A stretch of DNA of 64,000 nt from Candidatus Bathyarchaeota archaeon (GTDB taxonomy: Archaea; Thermoproteota; Bathyarchaeia; TCS64). A program made the translations under genes and the position numbers. This document shows positions 60,409 to 64,000 of the stretch, piece after piece. Below the pieces are notes generated by a model. The model searched no databases. It was not told the DNA's origin and saw only the letters and a program-made list of their open reading frames with translations. Where the stretch lies: positions 128,001-192,000 of the forward strand of contig CAVYLP010000004.1 in the NCBI GenBank assembly GCA_963769425.1, read 5' to 3'. The number at the start of each line of letters is the position of its first letter. Position 1 is the stretch's first letter.

Positions 60409-61851
60409 TTATTTTTTACCTTCATAGACCTTTGCCAGCTCTCTGGCCTTGTCGAGCGGCGGCTCAATAGACGAGTCTCGTTTATACTCCCTACCCCGAA
60501 GCCGTCTGACATGCTCTCCCTTCGCGTCCCTCAACAGGTTAGGGGTCATTAACAGATCTAGGACAGACCCAGCCATGGTTTTAGACGCGAATAATAGACT
60601 CTTATGACCGATGCCAGACCCGCTGCAGGCAGTAAACTGCCAGCTGTGACCCGGAGCACCATTAACATTACAGGCGGTGTTAAACTCCATGGTCGGAGTA
60701 ATCCAGCTGACATCAGCCACATCGGTGCTTCCGGGACTCGTAGTCCCATCGTCCCAAGCGTCGAAGATCTCCGTTATTAGGTCCTGATCCACATATTTTT
60801 CCCAGTTGGGAACCTTATCCTTCCTTAGACTCGTCTCTCTATCCTCAAGCGGGAAGCTCTTAGCGATCTCCGCCGCGAACTCGTGATCCTCCGGGCTAAA
60901 TCGCTGGGGACCGACGAGCCGCATATTGGCTGTAACAACCTCGCTGAGAACCTTGTTCGGAATCTTATGGTACCCACCCCAACTCATCTCAGCCTCCAGT
61001 CTCGTCTCAGTCATCAACGCAGCTCCCTCAGCTACCTTCAATACACGTTGCTTGATAGGTTCCAGGAGAACCTGCTCGGGAGCCCGGATGTAGTAGTAGC
61101 TGCGCGCATAGTCAGGCACAACGTTGGGCTGACCACCACCGGCCTCGATGACGTAGTGGATTCTAGCCTCGGGGATTATGTGCTCCCTCAGATAGTTTAC
61201 ACCAACATTCATGAGCTCGACGGCGTCGAGGGCGCTTCTACCCGCCTCAGGATTCGCGGCTGCGTGGCTCGATTTCCCGTGGAAGTGGAAGTACGCACCA
61301 CTTATCACGTTGCTGCTGGCCAGGGTAGCCACATTCATATCCCCCGGGTGGTGGCTTAAGGTGGCGTCTACGTCGTCGAAGAGGCCGTGGTTGACCATGA
61401 TTCTCTTCCCGCTGAAGTTCTCCTCGGCAGGGGTACCATAGAATCGAATAGTTCCCTGTATGCCATGTTTCTCCAGCGCCTCACCGGCCGCAATAGCTGC
61501 CGCGAGGGCAGTTGTGCCGTGGATGTTGTGTCCGCATCCGTGGCCCATCCCGCCCTCGATTAGAGGCTCTTTTCGAGGTATGGGTCTGTTGCTTAAGTTT
61601 GGTAGGGCATCGTACTCACCCATGACGGCTACAATTGGTTTGCCTTGCCCTTTTTCGGCCAGAATTGCTGTGGGCATATTGGCGACGCCTTGTTGGACTC
61701 GGAAACCGTTTTTCCTCAGGGTTTCGGCGAGTAGTCGGCTTGATTTTTCCTCGCATAGGCCGTACTCTGCGTAACCCCATATCTCATCGCTAATGGAGGT
61801 TAGTTGGTCCTGGTGGTCTTCTATCCATTTCCACGCCGTTTCTTTGATCAA
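60409..61851 (-). CDS. M20 amidohydrolase, AbgB-like (paralog of 7313-8755)
   Basis: GEYDAL, GHGCGHN, GTPAEE, GRSALDAVELMNVGVNYLREH, GSTDVADVSW. Confidence 0.9.
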   Translation of the reverse strand: MIKETAWKWIEDHQDQLTSISDEIWGYAEYGLCEEKSSRLLAETLRKNGFRVQQGVANMPTAILAEKGQGKPIVAVMGEYDALPNLSNRPIPRKEPLIEGGMGHGCGHNIHGTTALAAAIAAGEALEKHGIQGTIRFYGTPAEENFSGKRIMVNHGLFDDVDATLSHHPGDMNVATLASSNVISGAYFHFHGKSSHAAANPEAGRSALDAVELMNVGVNYLREHIIPEARIHYVIEAGGGQPNVVPDYARSYYYIRAPEQVLLEPIKQRVLKVAEGAALMTETRLEAEMSWGGYHKIPNKVLSEVVTANMRLVGPQRFSPEDHEFAAEIAKSFPLEDRETSLRKDKVPNWEKYVDQDLITEIFDAWDDGTTSPGSTDVADVSWITPTMEFNTACNVNGAPGHSWQFTACSGSGIGHKSLLFASKTMAGSVLDLLMTPNLLRDAKGEHVRRLRGREYKRDSSIEPPLDKARELAKVYEGKK

Positions 61852-61960
61852 GTCTTATCGAATATTCATGGCGAGGGTGGATGTATAAAGTATTAAAAGT
61901 ACACATTGGAATTAGGCGATCGATTTTTAGTTGGAGTGAATTGTAATTTTGATCAAGGCT

Positions 61961-62052
61961 GACTATCAGGTGGAACCGGATAAGACATTCACCCCTAGAT
62001 TTCTATTACGTTAGATGAGGCTAATGCCAAAGAGACGTTGGGATTAGATTTT
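61961..62052 (+). repeat. Intergenic repeat, copy 2 (14-nt insertion after TAAGA)
   Basis: GACTATCAGGTGGAACCGGATAAGA[CATTCACCCCTAGA]TTTCTATTACGTTAGATGAGGCTAATGCCAAAGAGACGTTGGGATTAGATTTT. Confidence 0.88.
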
Positions 62053-62113
62053 CTTAACCAAGTAGTTTGATAAAAAGCGCACGTTTTACCCGAATAGATG
62101 GCAATACTATATT

Positions 62114-62629
62114 ATGGGGTATCCAAAGACTCTTTTGGAGATTCTCTTGTCTGACAGAGTTAAGACCCTAAAAGCATTCGCTGAAGTTCTCTTCGGTAGA
62201 TTCGATAACTCGGTGAAGGATCTGAAAGAGGCCGAGGCTGTCTGGAAACCCGTGGGCGAGGCAAACAACATCATGTGGATTCTCACCCACCTTTCTCAGG
62301 AGTGGAATGTAGGCGTAACCCGAGCCATCAAGGGCGACCCGACATTCAAAGTTGCAGGCTGGCCTGATGATTACGTCGGCAACTCGTCATACTCCTTGAA
62401 TAAGATTATGAAGGACCTTAAACAGGGTAGGGAGATTTTCATTGGAGCGTTGGACAAGCTTAGCCCCGCGGACCTGGATGTTGAGATTAACACGGCCCGT
62501 GGGGTTAGGAAACGTGAGATGATGCTTATGATGCTTATATCAGAGATTTCTCATCATGCGGGGCAGATCGCCTACATTAGAGGAGCAGTCGGTCGTAGGA
62601 AACTGACTGAACCTGCTTTCCTCGCATAA
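62114..62629 (+). CDS. DinB-family protein
   Basis: NNIMWILTHL and EISHHAGQIAYIR motifs. Confidence 0.8.
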   Translation: MGYPKTLLEILLSDRVKTLKAFAEVLFGRFDNSVKDLKEAEAVWKPVGEANNIMWILTHLSQEWNVGVTRAIKGDPTFKVAGWPDDYVGNSSYSLNKIMKDLKQGREIFIGALDKLSPADLDVEINTARGVRKREMMLMMLISEISHHAGQIAYIRGAVGRRKLTEPAFLA

Positions 62630-62688
62630 GGCCCGCACATTATTGGGTAAATAACGTTATAAACAGAGGCGTAAGCGCCTCGCCAATC

Positions 62689-62803
62689 AATCACTAGATT
62701 ACTATCAAGTGGAGGTGAGGATAAGATTTCTTATACATTAGATGAGGCTAATACCAAAGTGAATTTGGGTTAAGATTTTTCCGGATAGAGTTGAGCTGAG
62801 GAT
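62689..62803 (+). repeat. Intergenic repeat, copy 3
   Basis: AATCACT..ACTATCAAGTGGAGGTGAGGATAAGATTTCTTATACATTAGATGAGGCTAATACCAAAGTGAATTTGGGTTAAGATTTTT..GAGCTGAGGAT. Confidence 0.9.
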
Positions 62804-62866
62804 AAATCTATGGCAAGGCTGTACACGCGATAAAAATTAAAGAAGTATCGACGATATAATCGAATC

Positions 62867-63709
62867 ATGGCTGAAACAATGAGAGTGCACGGGTACTCAA
62901 GGGAGGATCTCATGAAGATGGATGTAGGCTCTCTGAGGGCAGTGCTGCACGAGAGAACGCACCACGGTATCGAAGTTCACCTCTACAGGATCCTTAAGGG
63001 CAAAATGGAGAAGCCAAAGGAATACGGCGCCCAGGCAAAATACATTCTAGGGTTATGGGAGGAGAGGGGACTCCCTATCGACACACCGGATATCCAATGG
63101 TGTAAGTGGAACATCGAAGCAGCGGAGAAGCTGAACAGAGGCGAAAGGGTTGAGCTCGAAACTAGTAAGCCTGAGCCCTTCACCGACGGCGAGATGCTGA
63201 CGGTGAGGAAGCTCCTATACGGGAGGAGATCTATCCGCCAGTTTAGGAATAAGCCCGTACCTGAATCGATGCTACGGGAGATCCTCTATGCGGGCCTCAT
63301 GTCTCCGCAGGGATGTAACGTCGACTCGAGGAGGTTCCTGATTCTGAGGACGCCCGAGGAATGGAAACTCGTCAGTAGCGACCTACCGGTGGAGAACTGT
63401 GTAATGATCCTTGTCCTCCAGGACACGAGGGTCTACAAGACTCTGGGGTTCGATAAACGTGCGCCGCAGAATATGCTCTATGACGCCGCAGCCGCAGCTG
63501 ACCATATCTGCCTGATGGCTCACGCTCTGGGACTGGGTGCGTGTTGGCTCACACATGGGGAAGAGACTCAGGTGAAGATTAGGCAGCACTTTGGTCTGGA
63601 CGAGGGTATCGTGAGTCGACTCCACATAATTGTGGGGTGGCCGGATGAGGCCCCTGTGAAGTCTCTTAGAATGAGCCTAGATGATGCAATAATTGAGACT
63701 CGAAAATAG
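62867..63709 (+). CDS. Nitroreductase-family protein with N-terminal extension
   Basis: RRSIRQF...PVP, SPQGCN, L.AHALGLGACW, VGWP. Confidence 0.85.
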   Translation: MAETMRVHGYSREDLMKMDVGSLRAVLHERTHHGIEVHLYRILKGKMEKPKEYGAQAKYILGLWEERGLPIDTPDIQWCKWNIEAAEKLNRGERVELETSKPEPFTDGEMLTVRKLLYGRRSIRQFRNKPVPESMLREILYAGLMSPQGCNVDSRRFLILRTPEEWKLVSSDLPVENCVMILVLQDTRVYKTLGFDKRAPQNMLYDAAAAADHICLMAHALGLGACWLTHGEETQVKIRQHFGLDEGIVSRLHIIVGWPDEAPVKSLRMSLDDAIIETRK

Positions 63710-63760
63710 TCCAAACAACTCGTGGGACGTTGATTGGAGAAAGGAAATTCATCATTATAA

Positions 63761-63801
63761 TTCACTGTTGACTACCAGGTGTAAGTGAGGATAAGACTAT
63801 T
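63761..63801 (+). repeat. Intergenic repeat, copy 4 (5' half only)
   Basis: TTCACTGTTGACTACCAGGTGTAAGTGAGGATAAGACTATT; similarity then stops. Confidence 0.8.
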
Positions 63802-63930
63802 GAATTTGAAGTGGCAGGATTTCCATTAATTTTGAATAATGAATTCTATTTTAAAAAAAGGTAAAATCAAATTACCTATCTTTGGTAATGGTGTGAAAAA
63901 ATGAAGAATCTCAGATGAAAACCTACTAAA

Positions 63931-64000
63931 TCACCTGACATAGTCGTCAAATTTCCAGTAGTGCTCTTCTTCCTGCATCACTATGTCTTCGAACATTCGC
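63931..64000 (-). CDS. C-terminus of a ferritin-like domain protein (partial)
   Basis: ..RMFEDIVMQEEEHYWKFDDYVR*; ExxH di-iron motif. Confidence 0.55.
   Translation of the reverse strand, partial: RMFEDIVMQEEEHYWKFDDYVR

Noticed and set aside
63931-63945. Apparent inverted copy of the repeat core (TCACCTGACATAGTC)
   Set aside because: It is the last codons of the ferritin-like gene and needs a 2-nt gap to align.

Overview
Archaeal chromosomal DNA. Markers include an archaeal-type SAM synthetase, Hel308, Dph6, a Trm5-like methyltransferase, DtdA and an archaeal ThrRS, alongside a DnaK/DnaJ/GrpE operon. Gene content is most reminiscent of Bathyarchaeia, which is inference only. The window is mostly housekeeping and peptide/organic-acid catabolism genes: purA, purB, asnB, nth, alkA, ggt, kynU, rhaAB, a CoA-transferase pair and an EtfAB plus GlcD/LctD-type module. 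At least 11 genes, including purB, are split by 1-bp indels, most likely long-read assembly errors. The most unusual signals are non-coding. (1) A ~110-bp conserved, co-oriented repeat sits in every intergenic gap of an AT-richer accessory region (60.2-63.8 kb), separating single genes like a cassette array, and a diverged copy lies at 2.7 kb. (2) A ~22-bp-period array of GGTACC-NN-GTAG-NNN-GGTACC units lies at 49.8-50.2 kb. (3) A 3.7-kb integrase-less islet is bounded by tRNA-Leu and a degenerate copy of its 3' end. (4) A structured ~140-nt leader precedes a ThrRS whose editing domain is encoded separately 9 kb away.
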